A DNA stretch of 64,000 bases from Rhina ancylostomus (taxonomy: Eukaryota): positions 99,595,235-99,659,234 of the forward strand of contig JARFYF010000074.1 in NCBI GenBank assembly GCA_030265395.1. Reading direction: 5' to 3'. Shown here in pieces: positions 26,345 through 39,400 of the stretch. The notes beneath the pieces are model-generated. The model made no database searches and was not told where the DNA came from. It saw only the letters and a program-made list of their open reading frames with translations. The position numbers and the translations under genes are program-made. Numbering within the stretch: the first letter of the stretch is position 1; each line of letters starts with the position of its first letter.

Positions 26345-28079
26345 ATTTTCTTCCCAATCGCCTTATATGAGCAAATCCAAACTGAGCGTGTATGTCCTAA
26401 TTCTAATACTCTAGCACTTAAAATCAAGTACTACTACTGGCTGACTGTACCAGCAGCTACTTCCTGTAGTTGTTATTAATGTCCTGAATGTGCAGATGGA
26501 GGAAGGATATTTTCCTTTCTTTTAAATATAAAACTATTTAAAATATTGTATTGAATGTATTTAGTTGAGAAATAAATCACTTTAAACATATGAATCAAAT
26601 TGAATTTTAATAGCATTCACATACCTTCAACGTAATAGTTGTAGGTCTCATATTTTGAAAAAGTGTGGAAAATATAGTCAAAAAAAAAGAATGTAATGGG
26701 CAATTTTTTTGAAAAGAAAGCTTTGAATAATTCAGTGGGGGCAGGAGGAAGAGGTAGAGCATAATATAATATAAACATTTATTTAATAATTCCAGTCACT
26801 TATTTTAAAAACATTATTGCACCTTTTCTATTCGTCCTGTCATGAATGCCCATTGACTATCAATGATGTAGTCTATTAAACCAGTTCTGGAAGATGCTTC
26901 AAGTTGTTAGTCAGCACATGGAAAGTGTGAATAAATCACAACAAGCAGCAACAAAGGATAAGGTGTGCACAAGAATCTGTACTTCCTGTTCAGACCTGCA
27001 ACTTTTACATTTAAAAATTTCTTGTTCAGCAGCATTTTTCTGAAAATCATTCATTCAAGTAGAAACTAAAGAGGCAAAACTTTAAACTCTGTACCAATAT
27101 ATCATTAATGAGGAGATCTGTGTGCATGCCAAAATTTGTAAATAGTTCTGCTTTTTTGTTTCCAGGAAGGCAACATCGTACAAGCTAGCATTAAGGAGTA
27201 GACCATATAGCACCTTTTCACAAGTCAAAACTGAAAGGATACTTGAAGACCACTTTGGCCATTTCCCATATCCTTAAGAGCCTATAGTCTATCTCAGCCT
27301 TGAATACAACAGAAGACTGGATATCTGCATTCCCACTCCTGCATAAAAGGAATTTCTTTACTTAGTCCTTAATGGCCAACACCTAGTCTCCAGCCAAGTC
27401 ATGATCCCACATTATTGATATTTAAGATTTAGCTTAAAAATTAAATTACACAATTAAGTGAAGGAACATCAATTATAATGAAGGACTCTATGTATTGCTG
27501 TACTGTGCGATTTCTCTTCTCTTGGTTGCAGTTATGGTTCTGACACCACTAAACTCTTCATCATAATGCATTTCTCTCCCAATCTTCCAAAAGCTCCTTA
27601 AAATTTCAGATTGGGCTGTGAGTTATCATTTCTAACTCTGGCAAGTCTCTCAATTACCTACAAATCATTTTCCCTGACTAAAGACATGAGCAAACAGCAA
27701 ACTGTATGGGTAGAGCTTTGTGGATTTATTTGTTTGCTGGAGGAGCATGTGAAGTGAACTCTTCTCTACATTCAAATAATCTCAATCTCATTACACATCT
27801 GGAGATGCCCTGGGCTGGGCATATTATGCTAAGTTGTCAGCCAGTAGTTTAATATCAAGTACAAGCAGTGGCCACAGCAGGAGCTTCCATATCATGGCCA
27901 CGAGACTATTCTGACTATTGATCCGGCCATCACCAGAGTTAACCAACACCACTGTGCCCACCAATGAAAGGATCCAGCACCCAAGTGGAGTGACAGAAGA
28001 GGCAGCAGCAATAGCTTGAGTACAGGATTGTTCACAGTCAAATGCTACTTCATTTCATCACTGGGATATTTGTAACCAG

Positions 28080-28366
28080 GTGTAGCAGTTAGTGTAACGC
28101 TTTACAGTGCCAGCAACCCAGGTTCAATTCTGGCTGCTGTCTGCAAGGAGTTTGTACCTTCTCACCGTGTCTGCGTGGGATTCCTCCGGGTGCTCCGGTT
28201 TCTTCCCACATTCCAAAGACGTATGGGTTAGGAGCTGTGGGCATGCTATGTTGGCGCCGGAAGCGTGGTAACACTTGCGGGCTGGCCCCAGAACACCAAA
28301 CAAAAAAAGTTGCATTTCACTGTGTTTCGATGTACATGTAACTAATAAAGATATCTTAAATCTTAA
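28080..28366 (+). mobile_element. V-SINE, Rex1-type tail
   Basis: Close copy of 26071-26344. Confidence 0.9.
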
Positions 28367-28869
28367 AAAATTCTCAAACTTGCAAGTGAAGGAAATCAGA
28401 GAAACCCTTCTTGCCCAGGTATAAATAACTTTGTGCAATAATTTTCAAAGGGGTTGGAAAAACTTGGTATAAGGAGAGTTAAAATAATGAATTGTGCTTC
28501 TGCAGACATAAAGAAGAAAAGATATGATGAGGTCCAGCTGATCTGTTAAAAAAAGGCAGAGTTCATCGGATCAATATTTTTTTTTCTTGTCTTTAAAAAT
28601 GCTCAAGCAAATGTCCATATCTTTCCTTTGACCCATTTCATGAAAAATAGATCTTCTTGCCTCGTCTGACCTGTAAATGAAGTTACCTTGTCTGGTTCCT
28701 GGTGAGAAATTGGTGCAACATGCTGTCTCCAAGCTCAGTGGAAAATATTGCATCCAACAGTGCCTTCCATGTACAAATCCTATCATGTGGCAGTACCAGA
28801 ATAAACTCCACCAATGAAAAGCCACACTTCCTGGTTTAGCTGGCTGTGAATGCTGTCTAAAAGCTTTGA

Positions 28870-29461
28870 ATGTATCTGATCCCTTCGACCGGCTACAAAA
28901 CAAAGACAGGCTGCATAGTTAACAGAGCATCTCCTCCTGATGAGCTTAGTGCATTCCATGTATGTTTTGAACAGAAGGGAAGTGGATTGTCACCACCCAC
29001 CCTGATAGCCTCCAATGTAACTGAATCCACCATTGAGGATGTAAGATCTGTCTTCTGGAGAGTGAACACAAGGAAAATATCTGATCCAGATGGTGTTCCT
29101 GGCCGAGTGCTCAGATCTTGTGCTGATCAGCTAGCAGAAGGATTTGCAGACACATTTAACCTCTCCATGCTTCGACCTCAGGCTCCCATATATTTTAAGA
29201 AGAGCACTATCATCCCAGTACCAAAGAAAAGCAAGATAATATGCCTTAATGACCACTGACCAGTGGCTCTGACATCCACCATCATGAAGTGCTTTGAGAG
29301 GCAGGTCATGGCACGCATCAGCTCCAGCCTACCAGATAACCTGGACCCACTGCAATTTGCCTATCACCAAAACAGGTCAACAATGGATGCCATCTCCCTG
29401 GCTCTACACTCAGCTCTGGAGGATCTGGACAGTAAAACCACTTACGTTAGACTATTGTTTA
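28870..29461 (+). mobile_element. Rex1/Babar-type LINE RT fragment
   Basis: [51 protein letters not shown]. Confidence 0.9.
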
Positions 29462-29654
29462 NNNNNNNNNNNNNNNNNNNNNNNNNNNNNNNNNNNNNNN
29501 NNNNNNNNNNNNNNNNNNNNNNNNNNNNNNNNNNNNNNNNNNNNNNNNNNNNNNNNNNNNNAACTGAGGTCAGAACTGGGGGAAACAGGGAACTCCTGGT
29601 GAGTTGCAGGGCTGTAGGGGTTTGCCGAGAGCAGGAGGAATTTGAAAACAAGGA

Positions 29655-30010
29655 CTGGATTTGATTTGGATTGGTTTATTATGACCACATATACTGAGGT
29701 ACAGTGAAAAGCTTTTGTTGCATGCCATCCAGACCGATCATGCCACACATAATTACAGTAGTAAAAAGGAAAACAGAATGCAGAATATAGTGTGACAATT
29801 GCAGAGAATGTGCAGTGCAGGTAGACAAATATAAGTGCAAGGGCCATGAGGCGATAGATTGGGAGATCAAGATTTCATCTCTTAGCATATGAGAGGTCCG
29901 TTTAAGAGCCTGCTAATAGTGGGATAGAAACTGTCCTTGAGTCCGGTAGTTTGTGTTCGCAGGCTTTTGTATCTTCTGCCCAACGGGAGAGGGGAGAAGA
30001 TAGAATGAAT
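29655..30010 (-). mobile_element. Rex1-type LINE 3' end
   Basis: Minus strand ...aaaagcttttcactgtacctcagtatatgtggtcataataaaccaatcc. Related ends at about 10610-10860, 16730-16825, 23430-23490 and 48455-48750. Confidence 0.75.
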
Positions 30011-30389
30011 CTTAACAGTCATGGCATTGTCCGATCAGAATCTGGTGTTGGTCAGTAAGTGCAGGGGGTGAGTGAGCAGTGAGAGTTAATGTGCAGGGAT
30101 CTGGATCTGACTTGAACCTTATTCACAGTGAATAATTTACATCATATTCCCTATCCAAGGATAATTAGTCACTGTACGTTAACACCCAGGGAAAGGGATA
30201 TGCCACTAAACATTCAGAAAGGAAATAGGGAAACTTGAAAATGTCTCTCCACTTTCTTGGAGTTAAATTTAATTCATCCCGTCTGCCTTTGCTAATGCAT
30301 CCCCAGCACACATCCCTCACTGTTGAAATGGCGAGGAAGACAATCTGCTCACAGGGCCCTGCCAAGTGACTCTATTCATCGGTTGTCAG

Positions 30390-30500
30390 AGCTAACAAGG
30401 GGGACGTCTGGCGACGCGTGGCGACCATCTCGCTGATGTCAGGAACTTCCTACCTTCGCTCTGTCCTGCTCCACCACTAAGCAGGGTATCTTTAACACTA
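30390..30500 (-). promoter_or_regulatory. Small CpG cluster: possible alternative TMEM50B promoter or 5'UTR micro-exon
   Basis: GACGTCTGGCGACGCGTGGCGACC and AGGAACTTCC. Strong minus acceptor tgtttctctgcag|30500 and donor AG|GTAGGA after 30454. Confidence 0.35.
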
Positions 30501-30787
30501 CTGCAGAGAAACACTGCAAAGTCAAGGCTTTAATAAGATTAAAATATCCAATCACATTTCTTGTGGAATGATATTGTGATACAGGTCAGATTTGGATGAT
30601 AATTGCACAGTGGAACGTAAAAACAGTTACTTTTTTCTAATTAAAAATGTGGTTCATAAAAATTCATCAATTGAAAGTAGGATTAGAAGACACTTGGATA
30701 GCCAAGACTAGAAGCCCTTCTTGGCAAAAGGAAGTTACACTGAAAGAGTCAGATGAAAGAAATAGCAGATGGCTTGTGTGAAGATCA

Positions 30788-31530
30788 GTGGCACAGTGGC
30801 GCAGCAGGTAGTGCTGCTGCTTCACAGCCCCAGAGAGCCGAGTTCGACTCTGACCTCCACTGTCGTCTTTGTACGTTGTCCCTGTAAGTTTACCCTGGTT
30901 GCTGTGGTTTCACCCCAGAGATGTGTTGGTAGGTTAATTGGTTCACATAGAATGCAAAACAGTACAGCACAGGAACAGGCACTTTGACCCACGATGTCCA
31001 TGCCAAACGCATTGCCAAATTAAACTAAACCCCTTCTGTCTGGATGTGATCTGTATCCCTCCATTCCCTGCACATCCATGTGCCCATCTTAAACATCAGT
31101 GTAGTTTCTGCCTCTACCACCACCCCTGGCAGCCACTTCCAGGCACCCACCACTCTCTGTGTAAAATACTTGCCCCACACATCTCCTTTGAACTTTCTCC
31201 TTCTCGCCTTAAACACATGCCATCTCCTTTGAACCTTGCTCCTCTCATCTTAAGTGCATATCTCCTACATATCGATGGCCCTCATAATTTTATAAACTTC
31301 CATCAGGTCTCCCCTCAGCCTCCGACGCTCAAGAAAAAAAACAACCCAAGTCTGTTCAACCTCTCCTTTTCCCTCACATCCTCCATGGTTACCCAAATGT
31401 AGGTGAGTGGCAGGAGGATCGGGGTGGAGCTGGTGGCCATTTGAGAGAGGAGAAGTTACAGAGAAATCAAGAGGGCAAATGGAATCAGTGCAAATGCTAT
31501 GGGAGCCATAATGGGACAAATAGCCTCCTT
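30788..31530 (+). mobile_element. Older V-SINE split by a minus-strand CR1 3' fragment (30946-31378)
   Basis: The SINE head tggcacagtggcgcagcaggtagtgctgctg...gagttcgactc breaks at ggttaattggttcac. A CR1 piece follows, then the SINE tail resumes near 31380. Confidence 0.7.
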
Positions 31531-31559
31531 CTCTGTAATTAGAAAATGTATATACATAA

Positions 31560-31988
31560 ACAAGATTGGATAAACTTGGGCTGTTTTCTCTGGAGCTGCG
31601 GAGGCTGAGGCGAGACCTGATAGAAGTTTATAAGATTATGAGAGGCACAGAGAGAGCAGACAGCTGGTCTACTCTATCTATGCCTCTAATAAATCTCTAA
31701 GGCTAGAGGGCATGCATTTAAGGTGAGAGGGAGAAAGTTCAAAAGAATGTTTGGGGCAAACTTTTTTACACAGAGAGTGGCGGGTGCCTGGAATGTGCTG
31801 CCAGGGGTGGTGGAGGCAGATACAATAGAGGGGGTTTAAGAGGATCTTAGACACATGAATCTGCAGAGAATGGAGGGATATGGACCGTGTGCAGGCAGAA
31901 GGGATTAGGTGTCATTAACTTAATTAGTTCAGCACAACATTGTGGGCCAAAGGGCCTGTTACTGTGCTGTACTGTTCTATGTTCTATG
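31560..31988 (+). mobile_element. CR1 LINE 3' fragment
   Basis: LGLFSLELRRLRRDLIEVYKIMRG; tail gggcctgttactgtgctgtactgttctatgttctatg. Confidence 0.88.
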
Positions 31989-32767
31989 TCTAGAAGTAAA
32001 TAATTATGAAATATGAATGCTGGCACAGACCCGATTGGGTGAGTGTCGAGTTTTTATTGAATTAATTCAGTATAATAACCAGGTGTATTGCACTTCAATT
32101 ATAGCAAGATTTCCAAAGGTGTTTCACAGAAGTGTTCTCAGAAAACATTTTGGCACAGTGCAGAGGAGATCCACCAGGATGTTTCTGGATGAGAGGACTT
32201 TAGTTACAGGGAAAGATTGGATAGGTTAGGCTTGTTTTTCCTGAAACAAAGGAGGTTGAACCTGATAGAGGTGTATAAGATTATGAGAGGCAGAGACAAG
32301 GTGAGTAGTCAAAATCTTTTCCTCAGGAGTTGTGTTCCAAAAGTAGATTGTGTTACCAGAAACATTTCTGGTTCTGTAGCCACTGACTAATCATAGATGC
32401 ATGTTGCCGGATCAGAACATTTGTGTTGTGTGATTATTTTTGAAATTACTGTACAGATTTTAACTGGGATATGTGGTGTGCAATGACAGTTGTTGAGGGG
32501 GCACCCTAAGCAATGGCTAACGTACACATGCAGATAGAACACAAACTCTCAACGTGCTTAATAATTATTGATTCCATCATCCCATCTCATTGTTACTACC
32601 AACACCCCATCTTGTGCACACTCCAGTCTGGGCAGAATTCCCAACAACATGGGAGGAATTATTAAAAATGGACAGTATTTAGAGGGCTGTTTGGAAAGGG
32701 TGGGTGATCTGTTTGGATAGCTCCACCAGTGGGTTGAAGGGCTGAATGGCCTCTTTCTGTACTGCAT

Positions 32768-32968
32768 CATTCCAGAATGCTATAAAGCATTGCCCAAGAA
32801 CGTTATAAAGCATTGTTCTACAGCATCAAATCATTGCTCCAGGGCATCAAAATCATCATTTTAGAACACTGTAGAGCATCATTCTAGAGCACAAAACAAA
32901 TCATTGTTCTGGAATGCCAATTGGCATTGTTCTAGAACATTATAAACCATTGATCTGGAACACTATGA
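32768..32968. repeat. Degenerate minisatellite, unit about 22-24 bp, about 9 copies
   Basis: Recurring cattgttctagaacactataaag-like units. Confidence 0.8.
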
Positions 32969-33929
32969 CCTTCCGAGCCTTCCCTGCCACTGTCCATTAT
33001 TTTAAATGATTTATCATGTTCGACAATTTAAGAGTGTGCCAGCAGGAACAGTTACAAGACTTACCAATTTCCAGTGAATATTATTATGATAAAAATGATT
33101 CTGCTTTGTTGGCTGCAACATATGAACTTCTCAATCTCAAAGTTGCAGCACTGGCTTTGATTCTATTGGGACTCCTCCTATTGATCGATATAATGTGAGC
33201 AGGAGATCCAGGGAAGGTCCAGTGACCAGCTGAACTCCACCCCATCCATTAGAATAACCCTCAAGAGGTTATCGTACCCCCACAATGGTCAGACTCAGAA
33301 ATTCTAACCTCCAGGATAAAGATCCAAGGTCAGGACTCTGAATGCTTCAATGAAAATCTAGCTCTGTTAATGAATATCACCAATTAATATGTTCTCAATC
33401 TTACTGAGAACTAAAGCTTTTTCCCTTGATAAATAAATATTTTAAACCACATCATTAAATAGGGGAAAAACTCTCAAAATCAAAACATATGGGATAGTTC
33501 CTGTGGAGATTTGCTTTGGAGAGAGAGCAGCTCTCAATTCAGCAATCTATTAAAACTGCATCAGATTAGATACTTCAGAGAAGCAACGGACTCAACACAA
33601 AAAATTCATCACGTTCTTTGTATTGTACAAAACATGCATCAGAATTTTCTATTGGAGAATATGGTTCTGTTTCTGCAATCGTTCCTTCTTTGCAAATGTG
33701 TGTTTTTTCTGGGAGCTTGCTATTCCTTAACTCAGTGAATGTTGGCAAGTAGGATTACTGGCTTGACATGACATTGCCTAGGGTAGTCTTTGAGCTAGAC
33801 ACTGGCATGTCAGTTTGAAACGACATGGAATATTAGCTATGGAGAATTTTGAACAGCTCTTTGGTGTAGTGGTGGAAGGAGAGGAGGGGAGGACAGGGCA
33901 GGAAGAAAGGGAATGAGGAGCACTTATCT

Positions 33930-34130
33930 GACAGTTTTTAATGATCTCGGATATCCCAAAACATTACAACTAATGAGGCGCTTTCTGAAGTGCTGTCATT
34001 GTTGTAATGTAGAAATTGCGACAGCCAATTTGCACAGATCAAGGCCCCACATAGATAACAACGCAATCTGTTGGTGGTGATGTTGACTGTGGGATAAACG
34101 TTGGCCAGAATACCAGGTGGATGAAGTATG
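33930..34130 (-). mobile_element. DeuSINE-like fragment
   Basis: cattgttgtaatgtagaaattgcgacagccaatttgcac...gggataaacgttggccagaatacc resembles the Deu domain as recalled. Confidence 0.6.
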
Positions 34131-34307
34131 GATCTAATCAAAGCTCTGGCACAGATGGCCAAAAGGATGATCTAATGCCTTACCCACGCATTCACAGCAT
34201 TGAATCCTGGCCCATTAATTAAAACCCTTTGTAGGTGTGTGGGCGAGTGCTGACAGTCAAAATCAAAACACCAGTAGGTTAGCCATAAACAATTGTTTCT
34301 CAATTGT

Positions 34308-34342
<35 letters not shown>
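34308..34342. repeat. (CT)n microsatellite
   Basis: ctctccctctctctctct... run. Confidence 0.9.
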
Positions 34343-34347
<5 letters not shown>

Positions 34348-34399
34348 ATGCTTATCTGTGGATGTTAGCAAGCAAAATATTGGCCACCCTTTTCTTAAA

Positions 34400-34650
34400 A
34401 ATGAAGGACTGCAGATACTGGAATCTAGATGAAAAACATGATGGTGCTGGAGGAACTCAGCAGGCCAGGCAGCATCTGTGGAGAAAAGCAGGCGGTCATC
34501 GTTTTGGGTCAGGATCCTTCTTCAGGACTGAAGATAGGAAAAGGGGAAGCCCAGTATATAGGAGGGAAAAGCAGAGCAGTGATAGGTGGACAAAAGAGGG
34601 GAGGTGGGGAGGGAACAGGGTGGTGAGAGGTAGATGCAGGTAAGAGGTAG
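34400..34650 (-). mobile_element. Penelope pLTR fragment with hammerhead-like core
   Basis: Similar to the 3' end of the 49-51 kb element. Minus strand cagtc-CTGAAGA-aggatcctgaccc-AAAA-cgat-gaccg at 34493-34530. Confidence 0.8.
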
Positions 34651-34671
34651 TGATAGGCAGATCTGTGAAGA

Positions 34672-35040
34672 AGACTGAGGGGTGACCTGATAGAGGTATA
34701 TAATATTATGAGAGGCATGGATAGGGTAGATAGTTAGAATCTTTTTTCCCCATGGTAGGGGTATAAAAAAACAAGAGAGCATAGGCTTAATGTGAAAGGA
34801 GTTTTAAAGAAGATCCGAGAGGAAAATTTTTGCCACAGAGAGTGGTTGATATCTGGAATGAGCTGCCAGAGCAAGTGGTGGAATCTGATACAAATGCTAT
34901 ACTTAAGAGATATTTAGACTTAAATAGGCAAGGCACAGAAGGCTACTGTCCTAATGCAGGGTTTAGCGTAGATGGACAAACAGATCAGCATGGACTCAAT
35001 GGGCTGAAGGGCCTGTTTCTACACTGTAGGACTCCATGAC
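34672..35040 (+). mobile_element. CR1 LINE 3' fragment
   Basis: LRGDLIEVY.IMRG, QRVVDIWNELP. Other short CR1 pieces lie at about 12030-12255, 32160-32325 and 35200-35460. Confidence 0.82.
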
Positions 35041-35796
35041 AATCAGAACCTCTTTCTATTCCTTTCTCCCTCAAGGCGCCATCCAGCTTTGCTGGATCAT
35101 TTCCCATATTCTTCCTGCCTCAGCAGCACTCTGTGCTGTCAGGTTCCACAATCCCATCTCTGTCTTTGTAAGTTCCCTGTAAATTATCTGTTGGATTTAC
35201 TGGATTATTTATGATCTCTCAGTTAGGTCCATCCCACATGGAAACATCTCTAAGTCTAACCTATCAAACCCTTTCATATTTTTAAATACCTTTATTAAAT
35301 CACCCCTCAGTTTTCCTAGTGAAAGAACCCCACAGCTCAGTCTCCTGATAGTTATAAGCTCGATATCATTCAAGTAAATCTACTTTGCAGCCTCTCCAAG
35401 GTCTCCACATCCTCTAAATGTGGTTGAACCAAGGCTCTATACAACATTAACACAATCTCAGTCCCTCTAGAAAGGAACCAAGGTGCTTTGTTTGCATTAT
35501 TTAAGATCTTATTAACGTGTTTTTTTCTTTTATTTCTTCACTAAAGGAGTGTTAAATCTTTAGAATCCTCTATGTTGGGGGGCTGTGGAGACTTAGTCAT
35601 CAAGTTTATTCAAGACAATGATTGATAGGTTTCTGGATGTTAAGGGAATAAAGTAGATCAGGATAGGGTAGGAAAATGATGTTGAGGCATATGTTTAACT
35701 GTGGTCTTGTTGGGCGAATTGGTCAACTCATATTTCCTGAGGACAGAGACAGAGGCCTTTCAGCCCACTGAGTCTATACCAGCTCAGTCTATGACA

Positions 35797-36039
35797 GGCA
35801 TGGTAGTGTAGCGGTTAGCGTAACACTATTACAGCACCAGAGAGCCAGGTTCAATTCCCGCCGCTGTCTGTAAGGAGTTAGTACGTTCTCCCTGTGCCTG
35901 CATGGGTTGGGTCGATGTCTCGCTATGTTGGCGCCAGAAGCATGGCGACACTTGCTGGCTGCCCCCAGAACACTCTACACGAAAGATGTATTTCCACTGT
36001 GTTTCGATGTACATGTGACTAATAAAGATCTTGTCTTAT
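35797..36039 (+). mobile_element. V-SINE, Rex1-type tail, V-domain partly deleted
   Basis: ggcatggtagtgtagcggttagcg...gttcaattccc; tail ...gtacatgtgactaataaagatc. Confidence 0.88.
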
Positions 36040-36460
36040 AATGCACATGGGGTGGAGACCAGTAACCTCAAGAGACAAGTATCCACCAGATCAATATAAA
36101 TCACTATGAGGAAAAGACATCAATTTTCCAAGTTACCAGTGTGGATAAAGCACTAAATTGCACCACTTCAAATTGCATTCTCAAAAGTAGCTTGGCAGAC
36201 ACCCACCTTTCATTCAAATTCATGCTAGGACAAATGGGCTTGAAGCTAAAATTATATTTGATTAAATACAGTCCTAGTACAGGCAAATCATGCCACGGCC
36301 CTAGAGGCCAGATGTTGCTTTGTAACAGAAAACTTGCTGAAATTTGCTAAAGACCAAATATAGCTGAACAATTCTTATAAAAAATTAAGTCTTCTTGTTG
36401 CAGCCTTCCATTATAGTTGCCACTAATTGTGCAAAGCAAATGCAAACAGTGACACTTAAC

Positions 36461-39400
36461 CAGGTTAGCGGGAATTTAGCAATGTACAGATATCCATTCC
36501 ATATTAACTTTGTTAAAAATGCCTTTCTAGGGATGCTTTGTTAGTTTTATGTGGGAAAAGTAGCAATAACAATGATCAATGCAAAGAAGCCAGAACATAG
36601 CAACTAGTTTCCATAGTACAGGAATATCAGAACCTTGTGAAGAAGATCTTAGAAGTACAACTAATACTTCTTTTGAAGGAAGACCCATGAGTTTTAAGAA
36701 CTTTCTGGCTTTCATAGGCAGTTTAATACATAGAGACTGTATTACTAATAATTTCACATAATCATGTAAATTCATTTCAGACCTTGTGTACAGACTTCTT
36801 TGGAAAGGATGTGAAAACTACCCTCACACAGTGGCCCCATTTAATCAAATGCTGTGCTGCGTGCTTATTGCAAATGTTTACTTGGAATTTTATGCATTTT
36901 GTAAAATTTTTTTTGCACCATAACTGCTTTTAACATTCTCAAAGATTGGGGAATGGGTGGGGGGTGGGGAAATAAAGAAACAACATCATGCACAAGATAG
37001 ATAAAAATTCTCTTTTTAAAAAAGTGCCTTTAATGTAAATATGGTTAAGATCACATAAATTCTGACTAAGCACAGGAAACTTAGCTTCCCGTTTTCCCAA
37101 TGAAAACTGTGTGTCAAGTGTCCAGCAGCTGGTCTTGCACTCACCTGGTTCCATTATCTTTCTAGCAGTGGTGACAGATAACTCTGCTGTATAATCTCTC
37201 CCAATGTGCCCTTCAAGAAAACCACCCTTGAGCCNNNNNNNNNNTGCTGGAGGAACTCAGCAGGTCAGGCAGCATCTATGGAGGGAAATAAACAGTCGAT
37301 ATTTCGGGTGGAGATCATTCATCAGTCCTGATGTTGCATGACCTGTTGAGTTCCTCCAGCATTTTGTGTTGCAACCTTGAGCCCTTCCCATTTCTCAGCA
37401 ACATGCCACCCCTTGCCAACATCAGGGAACAGCTGCAGTTTCCAAATGCATGCTGATGACACTCATGCATCTCGACTCTCCCTATGTTAGGCAAGCAATC
37501 CGACAACTGCAAATTAGCCTTCAGCTAAAAGTTAGAAAACATGAATTAGGAGCAGCAGAAGACCAACCGAACCCTTGAGTCTGCACCATAATTTAACGAG
37601 ATCATGGGTGATCTGACTGCAAGTTCAACTCCACAATTCCATTTAATGCAAGTAACCTTACATCCCCCTGCTTAGCAAGACACTATCAAACTCTCCATTA
37701 AAGATATTCAAAGACTTTCTTCCTCAAAGGAGACTGGAAATGGAGTTACTATCCTCAGATAAGATAGTGTCTTAAATGGACAACTCCTTAAGAATACAAG
37801 GAGTTATGTTTCAATCAATTCTCCTCTCACTCTAAACAACAGCATTTACTATCTACTGTGTCCAAACTTTCGTCATAAGACAACCCACCCAATTCTAGGT
37901 ATTAGTCTAGAAAGAGAATGGTTTTCCCTTCCCCTACACCCTCTCTGTATCTGGCAAAGTGTGAAGTTGATATATACTTGTGCCAATGAAAGATACTTCC
38001 ATTTTTGTTTCATCATCCATCTTTATCTCTGGTCTGTTCACCTGCTGTTAAAATACTCATCTATATTTGTTACATCTACTGTTGGTTATTCTAATACACT
38101 CCCGATGCATTCTTCATTCTATCCTCCATGAACATGAGGTTTTTCAAAACTCTGCTGCAAATGTCAAATTCCATTGACCTATTACCTGCAATACAGGTTT
38201 ACTTTGACTCCTGATTTTAAAATTCTCTCCCTCCCATCTTTCAATCCTTGTGGCTTCAGCTATCAAAGTCCCTAATCTCCTCCAACTGTATTACAGTTAT
38301 CTCAAAGGGCTACTCCCCAATTCTGGTCTCCTGATTCCCCCCCCCGCCCATTTAACCAATTACTCTCTCTCTTTCGTGTTAGAAGACAGCTCAAAACTAG
38401 CCATTTTTAAACTCATCTGCCCTTTTGTAACCAATATTAAATTCTGTTCGACAATGCTCTAAGACTCATACTACAAGACTCCAAAAAAGTGTTCAATGCT
38501 TTCTTCTGTTACTCTTAAAGCAGTAGGTACTAATTCTTCTAAACATGTAGGCATGCTAAAATTAATAATAAATTTTAAAAGACTTTTTTGTTCATTTCTG
38601 TTTTCTCTGATGGGCGCTGCATGCAAATTACTCTCATGGAGACTTTCATCATTATCACATAGGGAAGTTGAGGCTATGAAGTGAAAATAAACACTATTGA
38701 AAATGACATTGAGCCCCCTTTCTTGATGCAAAAGATCTTTGGTTTCCTCCTTCCAGTTTTGTTTTAAGCCATTAAGCTGAAATCTTGTGCAGTTTTCACA
38801 TTTTCATTGATGATTATAAACAACATACATAAAACATGAATACCTCTTGGATGGAAGTCTGTGCGAGTTCCAAGCAGATAATCAGTACACCTGAGTAAAT
38901 CTGAACTTTTCAGTGATTTGTGTCAGTAGACGCTTGCATTGGATGTTTTTAAAAGAGCATTTCACCAATTCACTGATACATGATTAACTGCTGTCTCAAG
39001 CGCCAATCAAAATCCCATGGATTTATCATGAGCCAGTAACTTAATCTGCATCTCGACTCTTCTTCAGATCAAAACAAAAATCTCTGTGCATTCTCAATGA
39101 AATCTGGACACTATCCTTTGATGTTTGGTTCTAGGTATTAACTCTTCTCACTAATGTGTCTCAGAATTATACATTAAAAATTTAAATATTTTCTTGTACC
39201 ACAGCATCAAAAAAATGTTTTCATACCCATGCTCTACTTGAAAATCTATATTGCCTGGTGTAAGAATTCTCCATAAATCATAAGATAAATTCAACAGAAT
39301 GGGCTCCTCTCATCCTCCCAGAAGATCAACACAAAATATTTTCCCCATTATATCCAACTGAGCAGTCAGATAGATCCATGTCACACCTCATTTGAATGAT

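Noticed and set aside
32768-32968. Regularly spaced repeats reminiscent of a CRISPR array
   Set aside because: Vertebrate context, no unique spacers and degenerate units: a minisatellite.
33065-33836. Further candidate minus-strand exon (acceptor 33836, donor TTG|GTAAGT 33065) with the stretch SYLPTFTELRNSKLPEKTHICKEG...
   Set aside because: All frames have multiple stops, so it is too weak to include in the cryptic gene, though it should be rechecked if that gene is confirmed.
35797-35865. tRNA-like A/B boxes here and in other SINE heads
   Set aside because: They continue into V-SINE bodies and tails and are not tRNA genes.
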